From Flavobacteriales bacterium (lineage in GTDB: Bacteria > Bacteroidota > Bacteroidia > Flavobacteriales_F > PHOS-HE28): a stretch of 28,524 nt of DNA. The stretch is taken from assembly GCA_035389265.1 (NCBI GenBank), contig DAOORM010000001.1, positions 1 through 28,524 of the forward strand, in the 5' to 3' direction. A program made the translations under genes and the position numbers. The notes beneath the pieces are model-generated. The model ran no database searches. It was not told the DNA's origin and was given only the letters and a program-made list of their open reading frames with translations. Shown piece by piece: positions 25,726-28,524 of this stretch (the stretch's first letter is position 1; each line of letters begins with the position of its first letter).

Positions 25726-27225
25726 ATGCGTTCCTGTATCGCCCTATTTATCATTCTGGTGCATTCCGTTGCCATGGGCCAGGACTGGGACCTGATCAAC
25801 CCGGCCTATCGGTACAACTACAGCGATGATGGGACGGATACGATAAGTAACCAGATCTTCGTCACAGACATCGACACTTTGGGCGGGGATGGCTTGAGGT
25901 ATACGCTGAACCGGATCGGAATCCCTTGTGACACCTGCTCAATAGCACTGGGCGGCCTGTGCCCTGGCTGTTACGTGTGGGTCGATCAACCGCAATTCTT
26001 GCAGCGGACCACGTTGGTTCAGAACGGGGAGTGGTCGTTCCTCGATCCAGACACTGTTCTGTTGAAGCCTCACGCCCCTGTGGGTAGCACGTGGCTCTTC
26101 TCCACCCAAGCGAATGTGACTGCCACGATGATCGCCCGTGAAGATTCCCTGCTCTGGGGGGCGAGCGACAGCGTGGCCCACATTGCCCTATCAACGGCGG
26201 ACACGATCATCATATCCATGGAGCACGGTATTCTCCAATTCCCGAACACGGCTGGTAGCGCCTTGTTCACGGCAATTGGGGTCCATGGACCGGATCTAGG
26301 GGTCCTGCTTCCGGCTCCCCTATCCTACTTCGAGTACCACCCTGGCGATGTGCTACAATACAGTGCTCAAGGCGCATGGCACGCGGGGAACGACATGTTC
26401 CCGTGGGCATTCTATTCGGGGATACAACAGATGGCGATCATTGGTCGTGAAGATTCTGACAACGGTTACGTAGCACAATACCTAGCAGGTCACTCCTATT
26501 CAAGTGGACCTCCACCATACGCTGGATTCTGGATGACCGGCTTAAGCGGGTCCTTCACGATCGATGAGGACGTGCTTGAAGATCGCTATCATCCAGTGAC
26601 GACCTATCCGAACCAGATCACCAGCGGAGGCTGCACGTATTTCGGGGACCCCCTTGATGGCTTCGAACGCACACTCGCACTGCACAGTACCGATCAGGAT
26701 GGCAAACACCTGATCTCCTCGTTCATACGCTATGACCAGAGCGGTCGTGGACATAGTGTGCTTGCCTCCGAGCCAGTATCCGGACATCCACGTTTATTCC
26801 CGCTCGAATTCTGGACGGCCAATGGAACATTCAAAGAAGGTGTAGGGCTTCTCGAAGGCGGAGAGAATTCATACTTCGAACCGTGGTGTCAGCTCACCTT
26901 CACCGGAGCCTATCTATCGAGTGATACTATAGGGTCGCTCAGTGATGCAATTTACCTGAACGGTCCACTTTCATCCAGCGATGAGGCGCAGCCTTTTCAC
27001 AGCACGCTCCTTCACCTCACCGTTGGTGACTTTCTTGAGATCCCTCCTACCTCACAAGGAACGCCCTATAGGATCCTGGACTTACAAGGTCGGTTGATTT
27101 TATCTGGGACACTGCCGAACGAAGGGAAGGTTGTGCATACGGGGACACTCAGCAATGGCTGCTACTTATTCACGATGAACCACGAGCAAGAGCAATGGTC
27201 TCAGCGATTCACAATTGCCCGCTGA
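25726..27225 (+). CDS. Secreted hypothetical protein with T9SS type A-like CTD
   Basis: Signal peptide ending AMG-Q; C-terminal PYRILDLQGRLILSG...LSNGCYLF...SQRFTIAR. No recognisable catalytic domain. Confidence 0.75.
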   Translation: MRSCIALFIILVHSVAMGQDWDLINPAYRYNYSDDGTDTISNQIFVTDIDTLGGDGLRYTLNRIGIPCDTCSIALGGLCPGCYVWVDQPQFLQRTTLVQNGEWSFLDPDTVLLKPHAPVGSTWLFSTQANVTATMIAREDSLLWGASDSVAHIALSTADTIIISMEHGILQFPNTAGSALFTAIGVHGPDLGVLLPAPLSYFEYHPGDVLQYSAQGAWHAGNDMFPWAFYSGIQQMAIIGREDSDNGYVAQYLAGHSYSSGPPPYAGFWMTGLSGSFTIDEDVLEDRYHPVTTYPNQITSGGCTYFGDPLDGFERTLALHSTDQDGKHLISSFIRYDQSGRGHSVLASEPVSGHPRLFPLEFWTANGTFKEGVGLLEGGENSYFEPWCQLTFTGAYLSSDTIGSLSDAIYLNGPLSSSDEAQPFHSTLLHLTVGDFLEIPPTSQGTPYRILDLQGRLILSGTLPNEGKVVHTGTLSNGCYLFTMNHEQEQWSQRFTIAR

Positions 27226-27269
27226 ACCTCCCGCCCTGTTAAGTGTTGAGCAGGGTGCCCGAAGCCCCG

Positions 27270-27277
27270 TAGTTTTG
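27270..27277 (+). promoter_or_regulatory. Bacteroidota -7 box TAGTTTTG for hutU
   Basis: Exact TAnnTTTG match, 16 nt before ATG 27294, with TTG ~21 nt upstream. Confidence 0.65.
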
Positions 27278-27293
27278 GAGCACTACTAGCAGC

Positions 27294-28524
<1,231 letters not shown>

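Overview
A GC-rich (roughly 60%) Bacteroidota window, most likely a Flavobacteriales-like organism. The lineage call rests on two T9SS-cargo genes, repeated TAnnTTTG-type -7 promoter boxes just upstream of start codons, and a long-form urocanate hydratase. The left ~7.4 kb is a general-stress/desiccation-type cluster: coiled-coil lipoprotein, DUF748 protein, large-subunit catalase KatE, a canonical YciF/DUF892 ferritin-like protein, a divergent DUF892 paralog that has lost most metal-ligand motifs, and a hydrophilin-like disordered protein. Next to it is the most unusual element: a translationally coupled two-gene operon of a membrane-associated SAM methyltransferase and a UbiA prenyltransferase that resembles cyanobacterial/plant homogentisate phytyltransferase (the committed step of vitamin E synthesis), which is unexpected in a non-photosynthetic lineage. 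This is followed by a three-gene ECF sigma unit, a DUF4239 protein, a nitrilase-family hydrolase, a T9SS lysyl-endopeptidase-like protease and a histone H1-like protein. The right half is mostly housekeeping: GT4, rnhB, an 880-aa membrane-anchored propeller protein, Trk/Ktr K+ uptake, a group III truncated globin, a GH73-LysM hydrolase, DUF5522, a lower-GC T9SS cargo gene and hutU running off the right edge. I found no rRNA, tRNA, CRISPR array or mobile element. All family calls are from motif recognition only; no database search was run.
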